The notes under the pieces are model-generated. The model saw only the letters and a program-made list of their open reading frames with translations, did no database searches and was not told where the DNA came from. Source: Octopus sinensis (lineage: Eukaryota). Taken from it: a stretch of 64,000 nucleotides of DNA. Below are positions 15,885 to 28,515 of the stretch, in pieces; position 1 is the first letter of the stretch, and the number at the start of each line of letters is the position of its first letter. The DNA lies in the NCBI RefSeq assembly GCF_006345805.1, contig NC_042998.1, positions 44,020,001 to 44,084,000 of the forward strand, written 5' to 3'. Both the position numbers and the translations under genes were made by a program.

Positions 15885-16552
15885 ACACAGGGAAAACGAT
15901 CATGGTTATGCATAATGAAGCAGCGCAAACCACATCGTCAGCTGAATTGGATGGAAAATGGTCATGCTGTCAATTTCTTGGGATTACAAATGTGTTGAGT
16001 ATTTTGAGCTACTTTCATGTAAACAAAAGATCATTTCAGATATTAATTTTCAACAACTAATGAAACTGGAAGAAGCAATCAAAAGAGCTGTGTGTCGTCT
16101 AGCGTTCTCATGGTAGACCGCGATTCCTTTATGATTTGTCAAAGTGGCAAATCATAAAGGAATCGAATTCTACCATGAGAACGCTAGAGGACACACGGCT
16201 CTGTTAACTCATGAAAAGTTGCTGTAGCATGGTTGGGAAGTGATGCCGCATCCGACATATAGCCCTGATCTTGCACCATCATACTACTATTTATTTCGAG
16301 TTTTGCAAAATTCTTTGAGTGGTAAAACCTTCAATAATGATAGTGACCTGAAATCGCACTTGCTTCAGTTAGGGGATGATAAGGATCAGAAGTTCTATAA
16401 GCGCAGAGTCATGAAGTTGCTAGAAAGATGGCAAAAGATCACCGAACAAAATGGAAAATATAATTGATTAAAATTCATTCTCTGTATAAAAAATAAAATG
16501 ACGTTTATTTCACACTACAAAACCGTAATTACTTTCTTGCCAAACCTATACA
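15885..16552 (+). mobile_element. mariner transposon 3' remnant
   Basis: GWEVMPHPTYSPDLAPSYYYLF...KLLERWQKITEQNGKY; TIR-like end accgtaattactttcttgccaaaccta followed by TA. Confidence 0.9.
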
Positions 16553-16924
16553 CACACACGCGCACACACATACATATATGTATGTATGTATATATATATT
16601 TATATATATCTGTGTCAGTATATGCATATATACATACAATATGCACATGCACATTATTTCGTCACAGACACATATATACATACACATATGCACACACCAC
16701 CTGAACAAGCCCACATCAACTGCTACACACAACACACATACGCACACACACACGTTATACTCACCCACCCAATACACACACCCACATTAGAATCACTCAC
16801 CTCCATTCACACATACAGACCCAAATCCATTCTCACATACACACACACGCTTGCGTACCTTTAATCGTTAGGGTCATCATTTCCTTTATTATTATTATAT
16901 TATTATTATTATATTATTATTATT

Positions 16925-17164
16925 ATTATTATTTCCTTCATTCAACCTATTTTTTCAAGTCATCTCGCCCTCTTGGACCGTTGAACTCTGCACTGTTTCT
17001 CTCCGTTTTTTTTTTTCGTTCTTTTTCCATTTTCCTCCTCTTAATCCTTGAATGTGGGCACGAAACGTAAAAGACTTTTCTCATTTTTTTTCCGAGCGTT
17101 AAACCAATACACCTACTTGTTGTTCCTACACGCGTCCTCGCTTTTTGTTTTATGTAAATTTGAA

Positions 17165-17165
<1 letters not shown>
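16925..17165 (+). mobile_element. PLE pseudo-LTR 3' end with decayed hammerhead-like motif, followed by (TA)n
   Basis: tgtgggcacgaaacgtaaaagacttt; homologous to the reverse complement of 62222-62360. Confidence 0.55.
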
Positions 17166-17203
<38 letters not shown>

Positions 17204-18024
17204 CTCTTGCATATTAATTTTTATAACTTTCTTAATCATATCTTAATCGTCCTTGTGTTATGTCATTGACGAACAACTTCTCTCTGTCGAATCTGTGTTC
17301 ATAACACGCCATTCATTATCGTAAGGAGAATCAAAGGACCCTGTTGTATCGACATCCTTGTGTATCAGGAGACAAAAGTACTCTGTACTAATGAATCTAA
17401 CAAGAGATTTTAGCTTTGGTCAATTGATTCAGTAAACAAATAATTTACTGGAAGCTTAACATGAATTAGTGTATTCACGTTTGATTCTGCTGGAAGGTAT
17501 CAACAATGATTATGCAAGGCATGGATATAATTCTCGCTGTGAACCGTGCAGATGATGCTTCATTAGTGGTGAGCTAATATCAGGACGAATCAGCAAACAA
17601 CTTGTTTACTGAAGATATTAGCAAGAGTTATGAATTCATCGGTCCAGGTTAACCCTCGATGACAACACACAGTGGTATCGACACACAGGATGTTCCTGAG
17701 TTTTCTTACGCTAATGAATCGTATGTATTATGAGCGCTTATGAAAGAAGTTGTTCTCCAATGACAAAACACAACAGCGATTATCATATTCAAGTTCGAAT
17801 CTGCCTGAACATACACATTAACAATGTTTATGAAAATCATCACTTTTTTGTACGCCAAGCACATAACGATCCACTATACATTCATATATACATACTCACA
17901 TGCACTCTCATAGACGTATACACAGACACACAATAAGCACGCATGTATATGAGTGCGTGCGTGCATGTATTTATCTACCTATCAATATATATATATATAT
18001 ATATGGGGGGTATATGTATATATG

Positions 18025-18330
18025 AAGGCGCGTGGCTCGGTGGTTGGTAGTTTCGGTTCACGATTGTGAGTTCGATTCCCGGAGACGCGTTGTGTCTTTG
18101 TGCTAGGCACTTTATTTCACGTTGCTCAAGTCCACTCAGCTGGCAAAAATAAGTAGGCTTAGTAATCCAAAAAGCCAGTTTTGTTACACTTTGTGTTACG
18201 CTGAATATCTCCGACTGTACGCGAGTCAGTGGAGTACGCATCCACTTGCACGTAAATTTCATGAGCAGGCTGTTTCGTTGATCGGACCAACTGGAGCACT
18301 CGTCGTAGTATCATACGGGGTACAAGACTT
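18025..18330 (+). mobile_element. tRNA-derived SINE (family B)
   Basis: aggcgcgtggctcggtggt A box, gagttcgattccc B box, cactttatttcacgttgctc core; homologous to 43470-43790. Confidence 0.85.
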
Positions 18331-18624
18331 TTTATATATGTAGATGTTTGTATTTGTATCTGTAATGTCTGAAGTGTGTCTTTCTGCGTGTATACAATGC
18401 ACAAAAGACACGCACAAAAGACAGTTTGTAGTTACATCAATTTTTAGCTTCAGATCAACTCTGCCAATCTTAACAGTTGAAGATTTACACAACTGCATGA
18501 ATCAACATTTTGTGAGGAAGAAACCTATCATTCACTTAGTGGCTCTCTAGGGTTTTCCAAACTAAATAAGTATACTGGACCAATTGAGTTGAAGCCTTCG
18601 CTCATTGGAGCTTATGCCAGTATT

Positions 18625-19115
18625 ATGAAAATTCGCACAGAAAATAGATGGTATAAAGATACAATTCTCAGGGGAACATAATGGGATCATGCTCTGGCAC
18701 ATGTCAATTTAAATAAATCTGATATTAAGGCAGATCGTCCACATATGTTGTCAAGATCTACCAGGAAACGAAGTGCCTAGTAATCGGGGAATCATTTCCA
18801 GCTTAGAAAAATATGTCTCAAAGCAGAACTATTATCTACAGATAGAAATCTGAAAATAGAGATAACCAAAGCATGAAGACTGAAAACAGAAACAATATTC
18901 ATAACAATCGGTGCTTTGGAAACGATTTAAAAAGAAGCAGACAAATATATTGCCGATGTATAAGAATTACAGCGTAGAGAAAATAACATTATCAGGCTTT
19001 GCATGCAATTTTTACGTGCTACATTAAATATAATAGAAAAATACACTGCACGCATCCAAATCGCACAGCGCTACGTTCGGTCGTGTAGTGAAATCACGAT
19101 AGGGGTATACGACTA
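18625..19115 (+). mobile_element. Highly decayed R4/Dong-type 3' fragment
   Basis: Patchy similarity to 3184-3700 (agatggtata, ctgaaaacagaaacaat, ggtgctttgg, and 3' gtagtgaaatcacg). Confidence 0.6.
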
Positions 19116-21249
19116 TTATAAGAATATTATCAATTCTAATTTTGCTACTGCGGCTGTAGATGCTGTCGATGATAGCGATGACAATGATTCGCGATTTCCA
19201 ACTGTGTTGCTCGACTTGCTAGAAATAGCAGTTAAATCACACCCTTTACTTTCTAAAGATGTAGCTCACGCTGAACATTGTAATCTTATATATATATATT
19301 ATTCATATCTGCTAGACTGGAGTTGAGTATAGGAATATTCGACTGTTGTTGACCCTAAATCACAACTTAGCATAAAATAAATATGCACAATAATACGAAG
19401 AAATGTGCATGTAAGATAAAAAGCGAGAGAGAAAAAGATAGAGAAAGTGGGTCAGAGTAGGTCAGAGAAACAGAGAGGGAGAGAGAGATAGGCAGACAGA
19501 GACAGAATTTATGTATGATGGAAGATGGAGAGTTGTTATGAATTTTTTAGGAATATCAATTTTAAGAAATATTTTGAAGCCAGCATACTTTATACAAGGG
19601 GAAATGTATGTTAATAATATTGATAAAACTTAGGAAACGGTCACATCGCTAATTTTATGACTATTGTTTTAGAGGAGTGTTATGATTTTTGTTTACCTGG
19701 AAAAAATATATTTTGCTCGAAAACAGCGGGCTTTCTGTTGTGTGCTGTTATTGAAATGTATACATTATGGTAGTATTGGTAGTGCTACAAAGTCAATAAA
19801 AATGCCAATAAAGTTACAATAACTATATAGGAAATATAGGTCACTATAAAAGTCAATATAAAAATTGAATGTCTAGGCTTTGGGGCAATCTCAAGTGAGC
19901 GAATGACAATTATATTTCAATCATAGTTGTCATAAATTTTTCTTAACTATTGTCTATCTGTGTTGTACGAAAGTAATTTCTTCGAATAATTATATTATAT
20001 GAGATTTGAAAAATAGTAAGGGAGAATATAATAAGAAAATATTGTCTAAAATATCTAATTTGGTAACCTGAGAGAGAGAGAATATAAGAAAAATCTATAT
20101 CTAATTGACGAATTGAGCGGATATCTATTAGAAAGAAAAATAAGGAAGCAGTAAGGGCAAATATGAAAGAAAAAATACGGTGAGCGTAGGAGTTGCAAGT
20201 GTAATATCAAACAAACTAAACTAAAATATAAATTAAATTAAAATTATCAAAGCAGGGAAGCGATTAAAAAAACAGCGCGATATAAGACCCTCTTAGAAGT
20301 ATCTGCATGAAAACCTATAAAATATATCAGCATTAATGAGCAATGCTGTATGCTGATGTTTGTAAAAATATCATATAAAGACAAATCATGCTATACTTAA
20401 AGATATGAGAAAGTGCCTTGCAAATTATTCTACTAATATGAGTGTTTTTTTAACATTACTAAATTATAATCGGATGATGTGTATTCGGAAATCTAGCAGT
20501 ATATTGCTAGAATTTACGTAAAAATATATATATTTCGACTTCTAATAGCAAAATATTTTTGAAATTATAAATTGTAATAACACGGTGTGGTGTCGGTGAC
20601 TATAATATTAGTAGCATATATGTTACTACAGTATAAGTTGCTTCTTTTTTTTCTTTTTATAATAACGGAGTGATACTTACGGATATGTGCTTATGAGAGA
20701 AAATTACAAGTTTGTACTACAATTTTTATAATGTAGCATAATTATAGATATGTGCTCTTAAGAAGAAAATAAAATTAGTGTAAAGTATTAAATAAGTGAA
20801 TATCATAGCTGGAGTTTCAAGAGAAGGATGTAAAATGATTATAGTTTTAATCTCGTTGTCTGCGTGTATACTTTGAGCAACCAGGAATGTGTTGGGATAT
20901 TTAAATTGCTGTCAACCTTGGAAAGTGAAGAAAAATGAGTGTAAAATTAGTGAAGTTAAAAGGATTCATGGGAGTAGACATGCATACAAGCATACACACA
21001 TAATGCAATACATACATATTACATGCATACATACATAGATGCATGCCTACATACATACGCATGTATGTGTGTGTGCGTACGCGTGCGCGCATGCGTGTGC
21101 ATGATAAAAAAGACGTTATTGCGGCTGGAGTTATTTCGCATCGACAATACTTATATTATGCAGTAAAATCGATAAAAAACCCTTCTTTGGGGACACCATG
21201 TGAGCGTAGAAAAATGAATGAGAGATATCAGAATGCTACATCCACTAAG

Positions 21250-21630
21250 TGAAAAACATAAAAAAAGAATTGGCTGCAGCTGATAAAGAACGCAGAACCA
21301 CGGGGCTTCATACGTAAACAAGAAGTAGTAGAAACAAACTGTGTAAGAAGAGAGGACAAAGTAATGGAATGGAATCAGTCAAAGTCGAGAGTGAAATGAA
21401 TGAGAAAAGGTGAACTTATGGAAGAGTCGATGGATAAGAATGGTCTTAAGGAATAAGAAGATGTAGGAGTAGAGGGGTCAAAACGTTTATTTAAACATGC
21501 TGGTGATATTGGTGTCAATTTCGACCACGTAACCGTTTATTAAGAATGTGGATCCATGATGTGAGGCGATGCTACACACTGATAAGTGAGTTATGGAATG
21601 GCCTTTGGTGTTGAAGTTTGTGTGCTTCGA
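21250..21630 (-). mobile_element. Decayed PLE GIY-YIG C-terminus, probable continuation of 23175-23900
   Basis: Minus translation NFNTKGHSITHLSVCSI...SPACLNKR resembles the Neptune HFN..GH...P.GLN ending. Confidence 0.55.
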
Positions 21631-21654
21631 ACATTCTCTCGAACATTCTCTCTC

Positions 21655-22029
21655 TTATGGTGAAGCTTTCTGCGTTGGCTTATGGTGAAGCTTTCTGCGT
21701 TGGCTTATGGTGAAGCTTTCTGCGTTGGCTTATGGTGAAGCTTTCTGCGTTGGCTTATGTTGAATCTTTCTGCGTTGGCTTATGGTGAAGCTTTCTGCGT
21801 TGGCTTATGGTGAAGCTTTCTGCGTTGGCTTATGGTGAAGCTTTCTGCGTTGCCTTATGGTGAAGCTTTCTGCGTTGCCTTATGGTGAAGCTTTCTGCGT
21901 TGGCTTATGTTGAATCTTTCTGCGTTGGCTTATGGTGAAGCTTTCTGCGTTGGCTTATGGTGAAGCTTTCTGCGTTGCCTTATGGTGAAGCTTTCTGCGT
22001 TGCCTTATGGTGAAGCTTTCTGCGTTGGG
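21655..22029 (+). repeat. 25-bp minisatellite, 15 copies (ttatggtgaagctttctgcgttggc)
   Basis: Units start at 21655 and recur every 25 bp to 22005; the last unit runs directly into the LINE ORF. Confidence 0.97.
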
Positions 22030-23165
22030 TGTAAGAGACGAACTCTATAACTGGTTAAAGTCCTTTATTTTCGGCCGAAAAGAGGTTGTCACAGTTCTAG
22101 GACAGCACTCTTCGCCCTATGAGATGACATCTGGTGTGCCGCAGGGATCTGTTCTTGGCCCCCTTTTATTTGTTGCATATGTTAATGGCATAGATGCCAA
22201 CTTAAAGAATGCCACAGTGCTGAAATATGCAGATGACATCAAGCTGTACCTCGAAATAAAGAGGTCAAATCCTATACACTATGGATCTCTATTGCAAGCA
22301 GACCTGGACACAATGCAGCAGTGGATCATGGACTGGTAACTCAAGCTGACTGTGGACAAATGTACCACCATGCATTTTGGGAGGAGAAACCCAGCGTCCA
22401 CCTACTCCCTCCACAACACTAGTCTCAAAAAGTCTTCAAGTGAACGTGACCTGGGTGTTATTGTCGACAGTGATTTGCGTTGGACAAAACACATCGCTAA
22501 AATTGTCAAGAAGGCTGAGGGTGTCTTGGCATCACTCACCAAATCCTTTGTGAGCCGCTCTCCGGCTATCTATCTGCGGCTTTATATAGCTATGGTAAGA
22601 CCTCACCTGGAATTTGCATCACCGGTCTGGAACCCTTATCTTGCCCAGGACATCAATCGTCTGGAAGCTGTTCAGTGACGTGCAACCAAAAGAATACCCT
22701 CCATCAGGCATTTGCCATATCCTGAACGCCTTACTTCCCTGGGCATGGACACATTGAAACTCCGACGTCTGGCAGCTGACTTGGCAGACACCCATAAAAT
22801 TATCAACCATCGCACAAACAATAACTCTGAGCACCTCTTCAAACTCCACCCATCTAACACCCGTGGACATATTTACAAAGTAAGAAAACAGCACAGCTCC
22901 CATAACTTCAGGAAACATTTTTTCACGCTGAGAGTTGCTGAAGCGTGGAACAAACTGCCGACATCGGTTGTTAGTTGTCGGAGCACTGCATCCTTCAAGA
23001 CTGCCATGCTTCCTGAGATTCGCCAACACTACACTTGATTTTCTCCCCTCCATACACACACAAGCATGTTCACTTTCCAGACATTTCTACACTACTGCAT
23101 GTACTTTATATGCACTTTCTGACAAGTTGTGGTGCACCTGAGCACTGTATACAATAATTTCATTA
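22005..23165 (+). mobile_element. CR1-group LINE, 5'-truncated (RT and 3' UTR), with in-frame stops
   Basis: SGVPQGSVLGPLLF, YADDIK, ERDLGVIVD, VRPHLEFASPVWNPY, YPERL..LG, FFTLRVAEAWNKLP. Confidence 0.95.
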
Positions 23166-23174
23166 TATATATAT

Positions 23175-23900
23175 AAAACGATCAGTAATCCGCCGGCCTA
23201 TTTCCCTAAAGTAAAGGGCGACGCAAACTTTGCATTTGATGTAATATAAGGTTAGACAAAGTGCAACTGAAATTTTGAGTAATAGTATCTTTGGCTCAGT
23301 GAACGTTATAATATTGCCAATGTTGTTAATGTAGGGCAAGTGTTGCATCGCCGGTGAGAACATTTTAAAATGCATGATTGTGTTGGGTTGGATGCTATAG
23401 AGTGTTTTGCTAGAAGGTTTCCTAGCATCTTTGTAAAAGGCGAGTCGAGAGGTGCAGGAAAGATAAGAACGGTTCTGATGTCAGAAATTAGAATACAAAA
23501 GTTTCTTTTTCAATGGGAGAACGGGCGAACGGAAGGTAATAAGAGTAGAATATGGTATGTAGACGCGCGTAAACACGGTGGAGGAGTGGTGAAGCTGTTG
23601 ATTGCCTAGGTTGAGCAGATGGCAAGGTCCACAACTAATCGAGGTTACCCTCGATTCAGAAAGAATCGTATTGTTTAGGATTAGGATTCGAAATTCAAAT
23701 TAATGCGTCAGAGTCTGCGAAGGCGAAGGAAGACAGAGAAATGTATAGTATATTTAGTGTATTTTGCGTGAGAGAAAGAGTTGTAGAGAAAGGAGATGGA
23801 GTCGGTGCATTTGTAACGGACAGCAATAGAAAGACGAATATTGTTTACAGTTATAGAAGTATCTAAGAAGACTAACATAAATATCCGATACGGTAGATAA
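23175..23900 (-). mobile_element. Decayed Penelope-like (Neptune-type) fragment: thumb to GIY-YIG start
   Basis: FLRLRRL, QNFSCTLSN, YYIKCKVCVALYFREIGRRITDRF. Confidence 0.75.
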
Positions 23901-24237
23901 TTCTAAGGAAGGGTGAAAGGCGTTAAAGAGAAGAGATGATATCGTCTGGCAAGAAGCTGCTGTCCTGCGCCGAAACAGTCGTCACTACAACGACCACGAA
24001 ATTCTGGGATCGGTCCAGTTAACTGAGAAGGGATTTGTCTGGGAACTGAAACCACGATCTCGTGATCTTGGGTACCGCACCCTAACAACTATGCCAGTTT
24101 TCTCTTGATATACACGAGCGTGTATGTGTGTGTCTCTGTGCGTGCACGTGTGTGTGTCTGTGTGAGTGTAGAATGCTCTGTTTGCGGAGGATTGAACGCG
24201 TGCGAATTTTTTATTGAAGAGTAATATTTTTGTAAAT

Positions 24238-24303
24238 AATATTTAATAACTCAAGTTCTGCATTATAGCATGCTATAACGCAGAACTTGAGTTATTGAAT
24301 ATC
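24238..24303. repeat. Near-perfect loopless palindrome (~65 bp)
   Basis: aataactcaagttctgcattatagca|tgctataacgcagaacttgagttatt. Confidence 0.95.
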
Positions 24304-24841
24304 ATTTTTTAAAGTAAAGGACTTTTCTTTATAGTATAGGATAGTATTTTTCCTTTCAAACTATCGTTCATGTTATTTACTTATATATTCCATTTGTATT
24401 TTAATAGCGCATTATTAGTTCTTCAAGTGTGGTTGCAGGATGCTTGAATACCGTGATATCTAAATTCGAAACGATTGCCAATGAGACATAAACTGCTTTA
24501 GTACCTATTGCAGCTGTGTATACAATGTCTTGAAGTAGACATTTACAGTTTTAAAGACAATTAACGGGGATAATACAATTAAAAATGATATCAATAAGGT
24601 TGTAAATAGATTGGTTATATTTATATTTATATTTATTGTGGCAGGCAATATTTTGTACAAGACTAGGGACGGTAAATCAAGAAATTTAGCTGAATATTTT
24701 GTTTACATTTACATTGTGCGGAGATGCTGTATAAAAGGAAGAATGTCTCGTAAGCGGTGCAACTACAGTTAAGTTAAACTGCAGATTACATCAGATATTT
24801 GTCGCTTTGTAAAAGTTCAATGTGCATATTATATATACAAG

Positions 24842-25030
24842 ATGCAGGTATGGATGTGTGGCGAGGAAGTTTGGTTTGGTGTCGCGTGGTTTCGGGTACA
24901 CTCCTACGGCGAGCCTTGCTCAAGAGTCCTAATATAACCCTGGACCATATAAATGTCTTTGGGTAAATTTTGTTAACAGAAACTGTGTGGAATCCCATCG
25001 AGTATGTATGTGTGTGTGTATCCGACGACG
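24842..25030 (+). mobile_element. Decayed 5' half of SINE family A
   Basis: Patchy similarity to 54097-54235. Confidence 0.55.
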
Positions 25031-25206
25031 GCTTAGCTGGAAGAAATTTTGAGTTCATAGTCAATAATATCAAAATATAGACGTATATACACACAGATAT
25101 ACTCAGACACATACACAATGCACACGGGCAAGACCACAAACAAGTACATGCATATACACATTAAAATCTACATATGTATCTATTTCTGTATTCGTCTAAA
25201 TTTCTT

Positions 25207-25278
<72 letters not shown>

Positions 25279-25287
25279 CCTACCTAC

Positions 25288-25349
<62 letters not shown>

Positions 25350-25424
25350 GTCTAGCCATCTACCTACCTATGTATGTATGTATGTATGTATCTATCTGTC
25401 TGTCTGTTTATATATCTAGCTATC

Positions 25425-25810
25425 TAGGGTGAGTAAAATTCCCGAGATCCACAGACGAGTTCTTTCCAGCGGTCTTTGTTTCTCATCATTACTGCCATGT
25501 TCTGTGTCGCCCAGAAATCAGTGCCTGTCCTTAGGGCATCAATATATGCCATCCTCGGTCTCTCTCTTCTAGTGTGTCCTTGCAGGGGCTCCCACAGGAG
25601 CACTGAGTGCAGCATCAACTCCGAATGACGCTCATTATGTCCACCCAATCTCAGTCCTCTCTGCGTTATTTTCGAGCTAACTATTGGGAGGCTCTCGTAC
25701 AGCTCTGAGTGTTTCCTCCTTAGCACATACTATTTAATGTTCAGAGCTTTCCTCAGAATTCTCCTAGAGCACCATTCCACCATCTGTACTAGTTTCTCGG
25801 TCAGTGTCCA
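25425..25810 (-). mobile_element. RTE-group LINE 3' fragment with (TAGA)n tail
   Basis: ELYESLPIVSSKITQRGLRLGGHNERH..VLLWEP..RERPRMAYIDAL..MRNKDRW; adjacent (TCTA)n at 25207-25350. Confidence 0.8.
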
Positions 25811-26320
25811 ATAATGTGTGTGTGTGTGTGTGTGTGTGTGTCTCTGTATATACACGTATGTATGTGTATGTGTGTGTGCATAAAGAAGTCATAGAAAATG
25901 ACATAATGGACGTTCTTGAAAAAGTAGACGATATAATTACTCATAGGTCTCGACTGAAATTTGTTTACTATATAATGCACTTAAAAGGTTCCGGGAAAAT
26001 GTAGATATTAAAAATGATACACAATTGATCATAGGAACATATACAGTATACGGCTGAAAGAAAATAACGTCAACATATTCTCGAGAAATGTCTGAGTATG
26101 CTTACTAGTATAGAAACGAAAGTTACTTAGCTATTCAGTGTAACGTAAAATAGTTAAATGTCAACTTCACCGAACCATACTTTGATACAGATTCTTGAAA
26201 ACACACACGCACGCACACACACAAACACACACACACACACACAACACACACACACACACACACACACACAAACCACCCGCACACGCACATACACACATAT
26301 ACTGTGTGTACATACATATA

Positions 26321-26359
<39 letters not shown>

Positions 26360-26489
26360 GCGTGTGGGTGTGTGTCTTTCTAAATACGCTTATACACAGC
26401 AGAAGCACTCATCGGAAAGTACATAACACAATTATTCTTTTGAGTCAAACGTTTTGCAATATTTTGGTCTCTTGTTTTATACGTCAAAT

Positions 26490-27300
26490 TACAACAACAG
26501 TAACCTGGCATTCAAGGTGAAGGCTATCGCGTTGCACTGTCTGAAGCCACCTTTTTAAGAGTTGTTTTATTCCATGACGAAACCAGTTCTTGTCCTCCGA
26601 AGCAAAGAACTCCTTCTCTAAAGCTTCAACCTCGTCTTCGTTAAGGAAGCGCCATTGGCATAAAAGTGATCCATGGCTCAGAGCAAGTAATAATCGGAGG
26701 GAGCTATTTCTGGAATACATATTGGGTGTGGTTTCAGTCTTATTTCTTCAAGTTCTGTGAGTTTATTTCCTGTCATTCAAGCAGTGTTAGATCTTTTACT
26801 GTCTTTCTACAAACGAATTCACTTTCTGTTTACCGATGTCGGGTACATTTGCCGCACAATGACATGCATCCGATGTCAAGCCTGCCTGATATTCTCCTAG
26901 AGACTACTCGCCGGTTTTACTTCTATGACTTGGAGCGCAGACTTGGAATCCACTGTTTCAGGTCCACCTGGCCCTACCTGATCGTGCGAACACGAGTGAA
27001 ATTTCTTAAACCTTCTATATACTCCACTGCGATCAACTGCGACTTAACATTTCGCACAACAAATGCTTTTGGCTGTTTCCACGTTCTTATGGTTGATTTT
27101 GAACTTGCAAAGCCTAAGTTCCCGAATTAGACTATGTTACACGTTCATTTGAACGGCTTTTAAATTACGTACGGAGTGGAGTAATGCACAAAGTTTCAGC
27201 GCACCAATGACCACGATACTACAAACCCCAGCTTCAAATGCTGCAATTAAGTTCTTTAAACGCCGCACACTAGCAAGAATGGAACTATTTCAAAATCATG
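26490..27300 (-). mobile_element. mariner remnant (distinct subfamily, internally deleted)
   Basis: RFLNEDEVEALEKEFFASEDKNWFRHGIKQLLKRWLQTV resembles the transposase C-terminus; a decayed YSP.L.PSDY-like region precedes it. Confidence 0.7.
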
Positions 27301-27588
27301 TACAAATACATACAATTAAATCCAAGTGAGATATATCGTATATGAATGTTTGTAGTCGATTGTTGACGTCATAGACTAATAATTATCGTTTGACTGATTT
27401 ATGCATTGTATCACTTTATTCATCTTGTCTTGTAAATTTTTTAGGCAGCACTCGTAATTACGTCTACAAATAACAGCCTATATGAATATCTTCGTCTATA
27501 GACGATGATTTCAACAAAGAGCAGATGTATTTTCGATTATTTCCTTCATAAACATTAACAATTGAGGAAGACAGGTAGATCTGTAAAC

Positions 27589-27629
<41 letters not shown>

Positions 27630-27636
<7 letters not shown>

Positions 27637-28140
27637 TAAATTAGAGATAAAACCACTATTAGACAAATCATACAATGAAAAACTTAAGCCAATACATAAG
27701 ATTAATTAATTTATATTATTTAAATATATATCAAAATTATTAAAAAAGATAATTAGTATAACACATATAAATAAAAAGAATTCCAACCTTGTCTGATTTT
27801 CACGTTTTATTTACAATCTTATAATGATATAAGATAATATAATATAATAAAATAAAATAAAATAATAGTAAGTTAAATGTTCATTCTGATTGAACTAGTA
27901 CTTTCATGCATTAAATTCTGCAATCTTCAGGTTCATGTAGTAGTGGTGATAGCCATGCTTCACAATTTTTGGCTGTAGCGAGATGATTGAATCTGGGCTT
28001 TAAATACACCTGTGGGGACTCCAGAGTGCTAGGTTTTGCAAACTGTATTCTGACCAATCAGTTTGTAGTATCACTCAATTACTAAAGCTGATTGGTTTAG
28101 GCGTCACGCTTTGTTGGACATGTCAAGAGTCCTGTATCTT
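27630..28140 (-). mobile_element. Solo PLE pseudo-LTR between (TA)n tracts
   Basis: Shares 27780-27845 with the 3' flank of the Neptune PLE at 11385-11840; contains a hammerhead and inverted CCAAT boxes. Confidence 0.7.
27891..27935 (-). ncRNA. Minimal type I hammerhead ribozyme
   Basis: UGAAC CUGAAGA uUGCA-gaauuuaa-UGCAu GAA AGUACU A GUUCA: stem I UGAAC/GUUCA, palindromic stem III, CUA cleavage triplet. Confidence 0.8.
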
Positions 28141-28169
28141 AATATATGTATATATATTTATTTATTTAT

Positions 28170-28318
28170 ATATAAAGAAGGAGGCAGTCAGGATTTGGAA
28201 TAATTCTTTATTAGCGCTGTCGTTAGTTCAATCGAACTTTTCAAGATGAAAAGTTCGATTGAACAAACGAAAGCACTAATAAAGTATTAGCCAAAATTCT
28301 GACTGTCTTTTTAATATA
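28170..28318. repeat. Short foldback between (TA)n tracts, with a truncated hammerhead-like 3' half
   Basis: ctttattagcgctgtcgttagttcaatcgaacttttca pairs with tgaaaagttcgattgaacaaacgaaagcactaataaag. Confidence 0.8.
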
Positions 28319-28373
28319 CAATATCTGTGCACCACTTCAAACACTCTATATATATATACATATACATATACAT

Positions 28374-28450
<77 letters not shown>

Positions 28451-28471
28451 CATATATATATATGTACATAC

Positions 28472-28504
<33 letters not shown>

Positions 28505-28515
<11 letters not shown>

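Noticed and set aside
18025-18090. tRNA gene from A/B boxes (also 43470 and 54100)
   Set aside because: These are SINE heads continuing into repeat bodies; no full cloverleaf.
21655-22029. Regular repeat array as a CRISPR
   Set aside because: There are no unique spacers, the context is eukaryotic, and the unit is LINE coding sequence.
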